From Acidimicrobiaceae bacterium (GTDB lineage: Bacteria > Actinomycetota > Acidimicrobiia > Acidimicrobiales > Aldehydirespiratoraceae): a DNA stretch of 64,000 nt. Location: NCBI GenBank assembly GCA_009843735.1, contig VYCW01000051.1, forward strand, positions 7,964 through 71,963. Direction: 5' to 3'. Below the pieces are notes generated by a model, which did not search any database, had not been told where the DNA came from, and worked only from the letters and a program-made list of their open reading frames with translations. Both the position numbers and the translations under genes were made by a program. Below are positions 38,716-47,724 of this stretch, in pieces. Positions within the stretch are counted from its first letter, which is position 1. Every line of letters starts with the position of its first letter.

Positions 38716-40035
38716 TCAGCGGTCGGCGCCGGTGACCTGCCAGCGGGTGCTGGCGAAGCGCCACAGCATCAGGGCCAGGCGGGTCGCCATCCAGGCGTGG
38801 AGGGCAGCCCAGAGCCAACCGATCCCTGCCCCGGCCGCCACGACCAGCAGCCCGCCGCCCACCAGCACCACCCCGGCGCCGACCATGGACACGGCCAGGA
38901 AGCGCAGGTCGCCGGCTCCGATCAGCACGCCGTCCAGAGCGAACACCACCCCTGCGGCCGGTTGGGAGAATCCGACGTGCAGCAGCAGGAAGGCCGCCAG
39001 CGCGACCACGGCGGCATCCTCGGTGAACACGTGGGGCAGCACACCGGAGACGGCCAGCACCGCCGCGCCCGTCAGCACGCCGGAGGCCGCGCCCCAGCCG
39101 ATCATGCGCCGTCCCAGCGCCCTGGCCCGGTCCGGCTGGCTCGCACCCAGGGCCAGGCCGATCAGGGCCTGCCCGGCGATGGCCACCGCGTCGAGCACTA
39201 GGGCCAGAACCGTCCAGACCTCGAACACGATCTGGTGAGCGGCCAGGTCGTCAGTCCCGATCCGGGCGGCTATCGCCACCGTGACCGTGAGGCTGGCCCG
39301 CAGCGCCGAGGTCCGGATCAGTAGATCCCATCCGGCGACGGCCAAGCGCCGGATGACGGCCGGATCCGGCCGCAAGCCCACGCCGTGTCGGGCTACGGCC
39401 TGCCGGATCCACCAGACGAAGATGGCCGCGGCCGCGGCCTGGGCCACCACCGTCGACAACGCCGACGCGCCGATCCCCTGGTCGAAGCCGTACACCAGCA
39501 CCACCTCGAGAACGAAGTTCCCGACAGCCGAGCCCAACGCCACCGCGAAGGGCCGCTTGGTGTCCTGCACGCCGCGCAGGTAGCCCACCCCGGCCAGCAT
39601 TACGAGCATGGCCGGCAGCCCGAACAGGGAGATCCTCAGGTAGACGAGCGCGTTGTGGCGCACCGCGGGGTCGTCCCCGCCCAGCGTGTCCACCAGCCAG
39701 GACGACAGCAGCAGGCCGGCCGCGGCCAGGACGACACCGGCGGCCAGCGCCAGCCAGATGCTCTGGACCGCCTGATGGGCGGCCCGGCGGTGCTCGCCGG
39801 CGCCCAGCAGCCGGGCCACCGCCGCGGTGGTGCCGTAGGCGAGGAAGATGAACATGGCGTGAGCGGTCAGCAGGATCGACGCGGCCAGCGCAAGGCCGCC
39901 GAGTTGGGGCGTGCCGATGCGGCCCACGATGGCGGTGTCGGCCAGCACGTACAGCGGTTCGGCCACCAGCGCTCCCAGCGCGGGCCATGCCAACCGCCAA
40001 ATCTCACGGTCGTCAGCGGTCAAGTTCAGCCGCAT
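38716..40035 (-). CDS. MATE-family efflux transporter (DinF/NorM-like)
   Basis: The start was trimmed to MRLNLTADDREIWRLAWPALGALVAEPLYVLADTAIVG (ATG 40035-40033). About 12 TM segments are present. Confidence 0.85.
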   Translation of the reverse strand: MRLNLTADDREIWRLAWPALGALVAEPLYVLADTAIVGRIGTPQLGGLALAASILLTAHAMFIFLAYGTTAAVARLLGAGEHRRAAHQAVQSIWLALAAGVVLAAAGLLLSSWLVDTLGGDDPAVRHNALVYLRISLFGLPAMLVMLAGVGYLRGVQDTKRPFAVALGSAVGNFVLEVVLVYGFDQGIGASALSTVVAQAAAAAIFVWWIRQAVARHGVGLRPDPAVIRRLAVAGWDLLIRTSALRASLTVTVAIAARIGTDDLAAHQIVFEVWTVLALVLDAVAIAGQALIGLALGASQPDRARALGRRMIGWGAASGVLTGAAVLAVSGVLPHVFTEDAAVVALAAFLLLHVGFSQPAAGVVFALDGVLIGAGDLRFLAVSMVGAGVVLVGGGLLVVAAGAGIGWLWAALHAWMATRLALMLWRFASTRWQVTGADR

Positions 40036-40130
40036 GACGCTCGTGGTCCGGCGGTCATGCTCCGAGGGCGCGATAAGTAGTCTCGGAGAGATGAGCGCAC
40101 GGCGCAGAAACCTAGGCCGGGCAACCTGAC

Positions 40131-42413
40131 ATGAGCGTGTCGGCGCCCTCGGAGGCCGCCTCACCGGGCGTGCCCGCCCGGGCTGCTTCGCGCCTGCCGG
40201 GCCTCGACGGGCTTCGGGGCCTGGCGGTGGCGTGGGTGCTTGCCTTCCACCTGTGGCCCGATCTAGTGCGGGGCGGCTGGCTGGGGGTGGGTCTGTTCTT
40301 CACGCTGTCCGGCTACCTGATCGCGGGGTTGCTCGACAAGGAGGTCACTGCCACCGGCCATCTGCGGCTGGGACGGTTCATGGCCCGGCGGGTCCGCCGG
40401 CTGCTGCCGGCTGCGCTGGTGACGATCGCGGCCACTCTGGCGCTGACCGCGCTGCTGGACGACCAGCCGCTGCGCACCATCGGCATCGATTCGCTGACCG
40501 CGGCGCTGAACGTGTTCAACTGGCACGCGTCCCTCGACGAGACGGGCTACGCAGGGATCTTCGAGGCCGCACCGGAGCCGCTGGCCCATTTCTGGTCCCT
40601 GGCGATCGAGGAGCAGTTCTACCTGGTCTTCCCGGCCGCGGTCGCTCTGATCCGGAGACCCGGCCGGGTGGTGGCCGCGATGGCGGTCATCGGTCTGGGC
40701 GGCGTGTGGCTGTGGTGGGGATCGACCGACGCCTACGTGGCCACCCCGGTGCGCGCGTTGGAGATCGCGGCGGGCGCAGGTCTGGCCGTGGCCCAGGCCC
40801 GCTACGGCGCGGTGCGCCGCCTGTTCCAGCCTCCTGCGGACCTGCCCCGCTCGTCACGGATTGCCTGGGCTGTGCTGCTGGCGGTCGCGGCTGCGCTCAC
40901 CGTGGTCTCGGTGTTGCGTCTCGGGCCCGACGACGGATTCGTTTTCCGGGGCGGTCCCCAACTGATGGCGCTGTGCTGGGTGGTGCTGGTGATCGCCGCG
41001 GTGCGAGACGGCTGGCCGGCCCGATTCATGTCCTGGGCGCCGCTGCGCTGGCTGGGTCTGCGCTCCTATGCCATCTACCTGTTCCACTGGCCGGTGATCG
41101 AGTTGACCGACTGGCATCCGGTAGTGGTCATCGTGGTCACGCTGGGACTCGCCGAGGCATCGTTCCATCTGCTGGAGATGCCCGTGCGCCGCGGCACCGG
41201 CCGGCTCGCCATACCGGTGCTGGCCGCAGCCGCGGCCGCGGTGGTGACGGTGGCTGCGGTGGCCGCGGCCGCCTCCGCGCCGGAGCGCGGCATCGCAGAA
41301 CGGGCCGAGGGCGCCGACGAACTGCCGGCCTGGCTGACCGAGCAGGAGGAGCCGGCCGTCGCCGCGCCGACCACACAGCCGGCTCCGACGTCGGCACCCG
41401 AGCAGCCGGCCCCGGACACGGCTGCGGCGACGGTGCCGGTGACGCATCCCACCACGGTCGAGCAGCCCGACGAGCAGTCCCAGGACCCCGAGCCCTCCGC
41501 GCCCGACCCCTCCGCGTCGGCGCCCGCGGCGCCGACTTCGGAACAACCCGAGTCGGAACCATCCCCGGCCACGTCCGAACCGCCGGTGACCGAGGCGCCG
41601 CAGCCCGAAACGGACTCCGAGCCGATACCGGACAAGCCCGACGGCGCCGACGACGCGACGCCGGGGACCACTGCGCCGGTCACGGCGCCACCGCAGCCCG
41701 AGACCACCTTCACGGTGCCGATCGTCACCGTTCTCGGCGACTCCGCCGCGGTCCACATCGCCGACGGGCTGCGCGAGTGGGGCAACGCCAGCCGCCTGAT
41801 GGCAGTGGTGGACCATTCCCGGATCGGCTGCTCGCCCGCGGGCACGGCCGGCAGCGGCTGGCGCTACCTGCGGGGCAACATCGGCGACGAGGCCAGTCCC
41901 ATGGGGTTCCTGGAGGACCGGGCGTGCCGCGACGACTTCATCCAGGACGGCTCGCACGCCGTACTGGTCGTCGACCACGGCGCGGTGCTGTTCGACCACC
42001 TCAGCGCCGACGGCGACTGGGTGTCGATCCTCGACCCCGCTCTGGCGGCCGACGTGGCCGACTCCTACCGGCGCCTGGTGGCCAAGGCCCGGGGCGTCGG
42101 GGCCCGGGTGATGTTCACCACCGCGCCGGTGCTGCTCCCTAGCTACGACCGGACCGCCGCCGACCAGCCCCAGACCAGTCCCGACAGGGCCGAGGCCTAC
42201 AACACGCTCCTGCGGGGGCTGGTCGAGGAACTCAACACGGCAGGCGTCCCCCAGCCGGTAGGGCTGATCGACACCGCCGCGGTGCTGGACAACTACGGCT
42301 ACGACGGCACCTTTGGCCGTTCCGACGGCATGCACCTTGACTACGACCGGGCCGAGGTCTTCGCGGCCGAGGTGCTGGGTCCCGCGGTGCTGGCCCTGCT
42401 CGATCTCGAGTAG
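40131..42413 (+). CDS. Acyltransferase-3 (OafA-like) membrane domain fused through an acidic Pro/Thr/Glu-rich linker to an SGNH-like domain
   Basis: The N-terminus reads LPGLDGLRGLAVAWVLAFHLW and continues into about 10 TM segments. The linker at about 41300-41710 is low-complexity (PEPSAPDPSASAPAAPTSEQPESEPSPATSEPP). The C-terminal domain starts VTVLGDSAAVHIADG (GDS block). Confidence 0.8.
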   Translation: MSVSAPSEAASPGVPARAASRLPGLDGLRGLAVAWVLAFHLWPDLVRGGWLGVGLFFTLSGYLIAGLLDKEVTATGHLRLGRFMARRVRRLLPAALVTIAATLALTALLDDQPLRTIGIDSLTAALNVFNWHASLDETGYAGIFEAAPEPLAHFWSLAIEEQFYLVFPAAVALIRRPGRVVAAMAVIGLGGVWLWWGSTDAYVATPVRALEIAAGAGLAVAQARYGAVRRLFQPPADLPRSSRIAWAVLLAVAAALTVVSVLRLGPDDGFVFRGGPQLMALCWVVLVIAAVRDGWPARFMSWAPLRWLGLRSYAIYLFHWPVIELTDWHPVVVIVVTLGLAEASFHLLEMPVRRGTGRLAIPVLAAAAAAVVTVAAVAAAASAPERGIAERAEGADELPAWLTEQEEPAVAAPTTQPAPTSAPEQPAPDTAAATVPVTHPTTVEQPDEQSQDPEPSAPDPSASAPAAPTSEQPESEPSPATSEPPVTEAPQPETDSEPIPDKPDGADDATPGTTAPVTAPPQPETTFTVPIVTVLGDSAAVHIADGLREWGNASRLMAVVDHSRIGCSPAGTAGSGWRYLRGNIGDEASPMGFLEDRACRDDFIQDGSHAVLVVDHGAVLFDHLSADGDWVSILDPALAADVADSYRRLVAKARGVGARVMFTTAPVLLPSYDRTAADQPQTSPDRAEAYNTLLRGLVEELNTAGVPQPVGLIDTAAVLDNYGYDGTFGRSDGMHLDYDRAEVFAAEVLGPAVLALLDLE

Positions 42414-42460
42414 CCGTGTCCCAGTTGTCGCTCGCCGATTCAGCGGCCATAATTGGCGCC

Positions 42461-42499
42461 GTGAACGACGCTGTCCTGCCCGTGGTAGTACCTGGCTGA
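42461..42499 (+). promoter_or_regulatory. Candidate ilvB leader peptide (12 codons, Val/Leu-rich)
   Basis: GTG AAC GAC GCT GTC CTG CCC GTG GTA GTA CCT GGC TGA translates to M-N-D-A-V-L-P-V-V-V-P-G. It contains two consecutive GTA codons, an A-ending codon type expected to be rare in a genome this GC-rich. It lies 116 nt upstream of the ilvB start. Confidence 0.5.
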
Positions 42500-42535
42500 C
42501 AGCGCGCGCTCGCAACCCCATCCGAACGTGCGCAA

Positions 42536-42560
42536 GACCTCCCCCCGGGAGGTCGTTTCG
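42536..42560 (+). terminator. Candidate attenuator terminator in the ilvB leader
   Basis: A perfect 8-bp stem, GACCTCCC (42536-42543) / GGGAGGTC (42547-42554), has a 3-nt loop and is followed by GTTTCG. It lies between the leader peptide stop and the ilvB ATG. Confidence 0.5.
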
Positions 42561-42614
42561 CGTGCGGCCCACTTCCCTCGACCGAACCCCAGCAACCGCC
42601 CCGGAGGCCCGATC

Positions 42615-44348
42615 ATGGAAATGAACGGCGGACAAGCCCTCGTCAAGGCCCTCGAGTGCGAGGGCACCGAAGTGGTATTCGGGCTGCCCGGCGGAGCCAT
42701 CCTCCCGGTGTACGACCCGATCATCGAGTCGCCGGTGCGCCACATCCTCGTTCGCCACGAGCAGGGCGCCGGCCACATGGCTGAGGGCTACGCCCACGCC
42801 ACCGGGCGCCCCGGCGTCGTGATGATCACGTCCGGGCCCGGTGCCACCAACGTGGTGACTGCGCTGTGCGACGCCTACATGGACTCGGTTCCGCTGGTGT
42901 GCATCACCGGCCAGGTCCCCTACGCCGCCATCGGCACCGACGCCTTCCAGGAGTGCGACACCACCGGCATCACCATGGCGGTCACCAAGCACAACTTCCT
43001 GGTCACCGAGGCCCAGGACATCCCTCGCATCGTCCACGAGGCCTTCCACATCGCCACCACCGGGCGTCCCGGCCCGGTGCTGGTGGACATCCCCAAGGAC
43101 ATCGTCGACCCCCGCAATCCGCGCTCGGCCATGACCTGGTACGAGCCCACCGACGACATCATGGAACTGCCCGGATACCGCCCGGCCACGGCCGGCGATC
43201 CCCAGTTGGTGCGGGCTGCGGCCGAGCTGATCTGCAAGGCCGAGCGTCCCGTCCTCTACGCCGGCGGCGGGATCCTCAAGGCCCGGGCCGCGGCCGAACT
43301 ACTCGCCCTCGCCGAGCTGATCGACGTGCCGGTGGTCACCACCCTCATGGCCCGGGGCTGCTTCCCCGACAGCCACGAGCTGTGCCTGGGGATGCCCGGC
43401 ATGCACGGCAACTACACCGCGGTCACCGCCATGCAGCGCTCGGACCTGCTCATCGCGCTCGGGGCCCGCTTCGACGACCGGGTGACCGGGCGCCTCGACG
43501 GCTTCGCACCCGACGCCAAGGTGATCCATGTGGACATCGACGCGGCCGAGCTGGGCAAGGTGCGGGTCCCCGACGTGGCCATCCGGGGCGACTGCAAGCT
43601 GGTGATCGCCGAGCTGGTCGAGGCTGTGCGAGCCTGCGGCGGCGCCGAGGCCCAGCCGGACCGCCGGGCCTGGCGCTCGACGATCAGCGGCTGGCAGGAG
43701 CGCTACCCGCTGGTGTACGAGCAGTCCGAGCCGGGGGAGCTGCTCAAGCCCCAGTACGTGCTGGAGGTCCTGCGGGACTCGACGCCCGACGACACCATCG
43801 TCACCTCCGGAGTGGGCCAGCATCAGATGTGGGCCAGCCAGTACTGGCGCTTCGACCACCCCTACACCTGGATCAACTCCGGCGGTCTGGGCACCATGGG
43901 CTTCTCGGTCCCGGCCGCGATCGGGGCCAAGGTCGGGATGCCGGACCGGATGGTGTGGGCCGTCGACGGCGACGGCTGCTTCCAGATGACCGCCCAGGAA
44001 CTGGTCACCGCGTCGATGGAGCGCATCCCCATCAAGGTGGCGCTGTTCAACAACGCATACCTGGGCATGGTCCGCCAGTGGCAGGAGATGTTCTACGAGG
44101 AGCGCTACAGCGAGGTCTACCTCTCCTACGAGATCCCCGACTACGTGAAGTGGGCCGAGGCCATGGGCTGTGTCGCCCTGCGGGTGGAGTCCCCCGAGGA
44201 GGTCGCCCCGGCCATCGCCAAGGCCAACGAGATCGACGACCGCCCGGTGGTGCTGGAGTTCCGCAGCTCCGCGGGCGAGAACGTGTTCCCGATGGTCCCG
44301 GCCGGCCAGTCGAACTCCGACATCGTCGTCGACCCCTCGCAGCGATGA
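42615..44348 (+). CDS. ilvB: Acetolactate synthase large subunit
   Basis: The start was trimmed to [34 protein letters not shown] (ATG 42615). The ThDP motif is [16 protein letters not shown]...DGDGCFQM. Confidence 0.95.
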   Translation: MEMNGGQALVKALECEGTEVVFGLPGGAILPVYDPIIESPVRHILVRHEQGAGHMAEGYAHATGRPGVVMITSGPGATNVVTALCDAYMDSVPLVCITGQVPYAAIGTDAFQECDTTGITMAVTKHNFLVTEAQDIPRIVHEAFHIATTGRPGPVLVDIPKDIVDPRNPRSAMTWYEPTDDIMELPGYRPATAGDPQLVRAAAELICKAERPVLYAGGGILKARAAAELLALAELIDVPVVTTLMARGCFPDSHELCLGMPGMHGNYTAVTAMQRSDLLIALGARFDDRVTGRLDGFAPDAKVIHVDIDAAELGKVRVPDVAIRGDCKLVIAELVEAVRACGGAEAQPDRRAWRSTISGWQERYPLVYEQSEPGELLKPQYVLEVLRDSTPDDTIVTSGVGQHQMWASQYWRFDHPYTWINSGGLGTMGFSVPAAIGAKVGMPDRMVWAVDGDGCFQMTAQELVTASMERIPIKVALFNNAYLGMVRQWQEMFYEERYSEVYLSYEIPDYVKWAEAMGCVALRVESPEEVAPAIAKANEIDDRPVVLEFRSSAGENVFPMVPAGQSNSDIVVDPSQR

Positions 44349-44875
44349 CTGCAGAGGCTCCCGCAGCCGGCCATGCCGCGCCGGCCGACCGGTTCCACAC
44401 GATCGTCACCACCGTGGAGAACAAGCCGGGCGTGCTGGCCCGGGTGGCGTCGCTGTTCGCCCGGCGAGGCTTCAACATCGAGTCGCTGGCGGTGGCGCCC
44501 ACCGCAGACGAGCGCTTCAGCCGCATCACGTTCACCGTGGACGTGGCCTCGTCGTCGCTGGAGCAGGTGGTCAAGCAGCTCGACAAGCTGATCAACGTGG
44601 TGGAGATCAGCGAGCTGAGCCCAGCGGAGTCGGTCGAGCGGGAGCTGATGCTGGTGACCGTGGCTGTCGAAGCGGCCGGCGGTCGCCGCCACGGGCTGCT
44701 CGAGTTGATCGACGACTTCCGGGCCTACGTGCTCGACGAGGACCAGTCCCAGATGATGCTGTCGCTGGCGGCCCGCCCGGCCCGGCTCGACGAGTTCGAG
44801 GAGCGGCTACGGGCCTTCGGGATCGTGCAGCTGCAGCGAACCGGCCGGGTCGCCCTGCCCTCGCTGGGCTCCTGA
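44345..44875 (+). CDS. ilvN: Acetolactate synthase small (regulatory) subunit
   Basis: There is an ATGA overlap with the ilvB stop. The ACT domain reads [33 protein letters not shown]. Confidence 0.95.
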   Translation: MTAEAPAAGHAAPADRFHTIVTTVENKPGVLARVASLFARRGFNIESLAVAPTADERFSRITFTVDVASSSLEQVVKQLDKLINVVEISELSPAESVERELMLVTVAVEAAGGRRHGLLELIDDFRAYVLDEDQSQMMLSLAARPARLDEFEERLRAFGIVQLQRTGRVALPSLGS

Positions 44876-44892
44876 TCTGTACCGTCAATCCC

Positions 44893-44944
44893 GAACATCG
44901 GTTCCCTATCAACACTTGGAACACTGGTTCCCTACCAACACAAG
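44893..44944 (+). repeat. 2 x 26-bp tandem repeat immediately upstream of the ilvC ribosome-binding site
   Basis: The units are GAACATCGGTTCCCTATCAACACTTG and GAACACTGGTTCCCTACCAACACAAG, 21/26 identical. Each starts with an inverted GAAC-N4-GTTC, and the second ends in the AAGGAGAGG RBS. Confidence 0.85.
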
Positions 44945-44955
44945 GAGAGGCTCTC

Positions 44956-45987
44956 GTGGCGAACATCTACTACGAGCAGGACGTGGACCGCTCGGCCATC
45001 GCCGGCCGCAAGGTGGCCGTGCTCGGCTACGGATCCCAGGGCCATTCGCACGCCCTCAACCTGAAGGACTCGGGCATCGACGTGCGGGTGGGCCTGCGCG
45101 ACGGTTCCTCGTCGGCCGCCAAGGCCCGGGAGGCCGGGCTGGAGGTCCGCTCGATCGCCGACGCCGTGGCTGAGGCCGATGTGACGATGATGCTCATGCC
45201 CGACACCGAGATGGGCGCCATTTACGCCGAGCACGTCGAGCCGAACCTCGAGCCGGGCGGGGCGCTGTTCTTCGCCCACGGCTTCAACATCCGCTTCGGG
45301 CTGATCTCGCCGCCGGAGTCGGTGGACGTGTGCATGGTGGCCCCCAAGGGGCCCGGCCACCTCGTGCGGCGCACCTACGTCGAGGGCGGCGGGGTGCCGT
45401 GCCTGGTGGCGATAGAGCAGGACGCCTCCGGTGGCGCGTTGGCCCTCGCGCTGGCCTATGCCGACGCCATTGGTGGGGCCCGGGCCGGGGTAATCGAGAC
45501 CACCTTCACCGAGGAGACCGAGACCGACCTGTTCGGCGAGCAGGCCGTGTTGTGCGGGGGCACCACCGCTCTGGTGCAGGCCGCCTTCGAGACGCTGGTC
45601 GACGCCGGCTACCAGCCCGAGATCTGCTACTTCGAGTGCCTGCACGAGTTGAAGCTGATCGTGGACCTCATGTACGAGGAGGGCATCGCCGGGATGCGCT
45701 ACTCGGTGTCGGACACCGCCGAGTACGGCGACCTGACCCGAGGTCCCCGCATCGTCAACGACGCGGTGCGGGCCGAGATGCAGCGCATCCTGGCCGAGGT
45801 GCAGGACGGCTCCTTCGCCGAGGAGTGGGTGGCCGAGAGCCGCGGCGGCCGGGCCAACTTCCTGCGCCTGGAGGCGGCCGGCCACGACCACCCGGTCGAG
45901 ATCGTGGGCAAGGAGCTCCGGGCCATGATGCCGTGGATCTCAGCAGGCAAAGCGTCAGTGAAGGAGACTTCGGGTGGCCAGGGCTAA
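44956..45987 (+). CDS. ilvC: Ketol-acid reductoisomerase
   Basis: The start was trimmed to GTG 44956, which is preceded by the AAGGAGAGG RBS. The N-terminus reads [39 protein letters not shown]. Confidence 0.95.
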   Translation: MANIYYEQDVDRSAIAGRKVAVLGYGSQGHSHALNLKDSGIDVRVGLRDGSSSAAKAREAGLEVRSIADAVAEADVTMMLMPDTEMGAIYAEHVEPNLEPGGALFFAHGFNIRFGLISPPESVDVCMVAPKGPGHLVRRTYVEGGGVPCLVAIEQDASGGALALALAYADAIGGARAGVIETTFTEETETDLFGEQAVLCGGTTALVQAAFETLVDAGYQPEICYFECLHELKLIVDLMYEEGIAGMRYSVSDTAEYGDLTRGPRIVNDAVRAEMQRILAEVQDGSFAEEWVAESRGGRANFLRLEAAGHDHPVEIVGKELRAMMPWISAGKASVKETSGGQG

Positions 45988-46462
45988 CCAGGCGCCAGCC
46001 ATCGACATCGGCATCGACGAGGCTGACCGCGTCGCCATCGCCGAGGGGCTGTCCCGGCTGCTGGCCGACAGCTACACCCTTTACCTGAAGACCCACAACT
46101 ACCACTGGAACGTGGTCGGGCCGATGTTCAACACGCTGCACCTGATGTTCGAGGAGCAGTACACCGAACTGGCCCTGGCCGTCGACCAGATTGCCGAGCG
46201 GATCAGAGCGCTGGGCGAGCCCGCGCCGGGCAGCTACGCCGAGTTCGCCAAGCTGTCGTCGGTGTCGGAGGAGACCGACCGTCCCGACGCCAACGAGATG
46301 ATCCGCCGCCTGGTGCAGGGCCAGGAAGCCGTGGTCCGCACGGCCCGGTCAGTGTTCCCTGCCACCGAGAAGGCCGGCGACGAGGCGTCCGCCGACTTGC
46401 TTACCCAGCGAATGCAGGTCCACGAAAAGACAGCCTGGATGCTCCGCAGCCTCCTGGCCTGA
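45974..46462 (+). CDS. dps: Dps (DNA protection during starvation) ferritin-like protein
   Basis: It has [28 protein letters not shown]. The AAGGAG RBS is 8 nt upstream of GTG 45974, and the gene overlaps the ilvC 3' end by 14 nt. Confidence 0.9.
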   Translation: MARANQAPAIDIGIDEADRVAIAEGLSRLLADSYTLYLKTHNYHWNVVGPMFNTLHLMFEEQYTELALAVDQIAERIRALGEPAPGSYAEFAKLSSVSEETDRPDANEMIRRLVQGQEAVVRTARSVFPATEKAGDEASADLLTQRMQVHEKTAWMLRSLLA

Positions 46463-46475
46463 GGAGGCTCCGCGA

Positions 46476-47642
46476 CTATTGGAAGGACACGTAGAAGATC
46501 TTGGGTGACCGTGCCAGCACTTGCTCGGGCGTGGCCATCGGGCTGTCCTCGTCGTAGAAGTTCTTCCACCCCCAGTAGAAGTGGTCGGCATCGGGCTCGC
46601 CGGTCAGCGTGTTCCAGGTGTTGTACTTGGCTGACAGGGAGCCTTGGCCGTCCATGTGGATCATCACGGCCAACTCCGGGGGCGTCTCGATCTGCTCGCG
46701 GTTGGTGATCATCGAGAACCGGAACTGGTGAACGATCAGCAGCTTCTGGGGGAGGCCTTCTTCCCGGACGATCCCGGCCAGCCAGTCCACGACCTGGTTG
46801 ATCTCCGCCGCGTCCACCGTGCCGATCTGCCTCAAGTGGACCTCGTGCGGCTTGAGCCTCCACTCCGGATCGAGGGCGAGCCCGACGTGGGGCAGGCGAA
46901 GGAACTCCTCGTAGTGCTTGGCCTGCGTCAGGAAGTCCGTTCGTCCCGGCTGGAGATCCAACACCACGTAGACGCCGTTGGCGGCCGCGACCTCGATCCA
47001 GGGCCTGATCACCTCGTGATCGGTCACGCTCGAGTAGTCCCCATCGGCGCCGGCCGAGGCGGAGGCGACGGTGGCAATGACCTCGAAGGTGGGCAGCACC
47101 GCTAACCCGTCCGCCCCGTAGCCCGCGGCTATGGATCGAAGGCGCTCCACCGCAGCCTCGGGGCCCTGCTCGCCCAACACACCGAGACCCGCGGTCGACG
47201 GATGGCCGTATGCAGCCACCAGACGGCGATCCGGCATGTCGTCACCCGTCTCGAACAAGAGCTGGTCGCCACTAGGCAACTCTGCCCAGGAGGTTTGTGG
47301 GTTCTCGGGCTGCGGCTCCGGTTCGGCGGGCTCTGGTTCTTCGGTCTGTGGTTCTTCGGGTTGGGCTTCTTCGGTCTGCGGTAGTTCTTCGGCTGGCGCT
47401 TCCGGAACGGCAGGCTCGGCCAGCGGCGGCGCCGAAGTGGACGAAGGGGGTGCAGTGGCAGCCTCTAGGCCGGTCGAGGCAGCGTCCGGCTCTAGGGCCT
47501 CTAGGCGCTGCCCAGTGAAGTGCGGTCCGGTTCCGCCGGGGACGGCGTCACTCGCGCATGAGGCGGCCAGCAATAGGAGCGCTGCGCACACGCGGATGCT
47601 GGCGGCGAGGCGATGGGGAGGCCGCGTCGACATGGTCGGCAC
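46476..47642 (-). CDS. Secreted lipoprotein with an acidic Pro/Glu linker and a conserved-looking C-terminal domain of unknown function
   Basis: The signal and lipobox are VCAALLLLAASCAS, and the linker is PEEPQTEEPEPAEPEPQPENPQ. The C-terminal ~270 aa is well-balanced in composition (VVLDLQPGRTDFL...LIVHQF...). I cannot assign a family. Confidence 0.65.
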   Translation of the reverse strand: MPTMSTRPPHRLAASIRVCAALLLLAASCASDAVPGGTGPHFTGQRLEALEPDAASTGLEAATAPPSSTSAPPLAEPAVPEAPAEELPQTEEAQPEEPQTEEPEPAEPEPQPENPQTSWAELPSGDQLLFETGDDMPDRRLVAAYGHPSTAGLGVLGEQGPEAAVERLRSIAAGYGADGLAVLPTFEVIATVASASAGADGDYSSVTDHEVIRPWIEVAAANGVYVVLDLQPGRTDFLTQAKHYEEFLRLPHVGLALDPEWRLKPHEVHLRQIGTVDAAEINQVVDWLAGIVREEGLPQKLLIVHQFRFSMITNREQIETPPELAVMIHMDGQGSLSAKYNTWNTLTGEPDADHFYWGWKNFYDEDSPMATPEQVLARSPKIFYVSFQ

Positions 47643-47724
47643 TGGACGCTAATTGCTCCGGTTGCTTCGGTCGTGTCAATTACCGAATGTCCTCCGGCAT
47701 CTGTGTGGATTCCCGAATGCGCCG

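Noticed and set aside
40232-43049. ORFs of 636 aa (+) and 731 aa (-) overlapping the OafA-like acyltransferase and ilvB.
   Set aside because: They have the same high-GC shadow-ORF signature (RGRRPG-type low complexity), and the alternative frames encode recognisable Acyl_transf_3 and ThDP-enzyme motifs.
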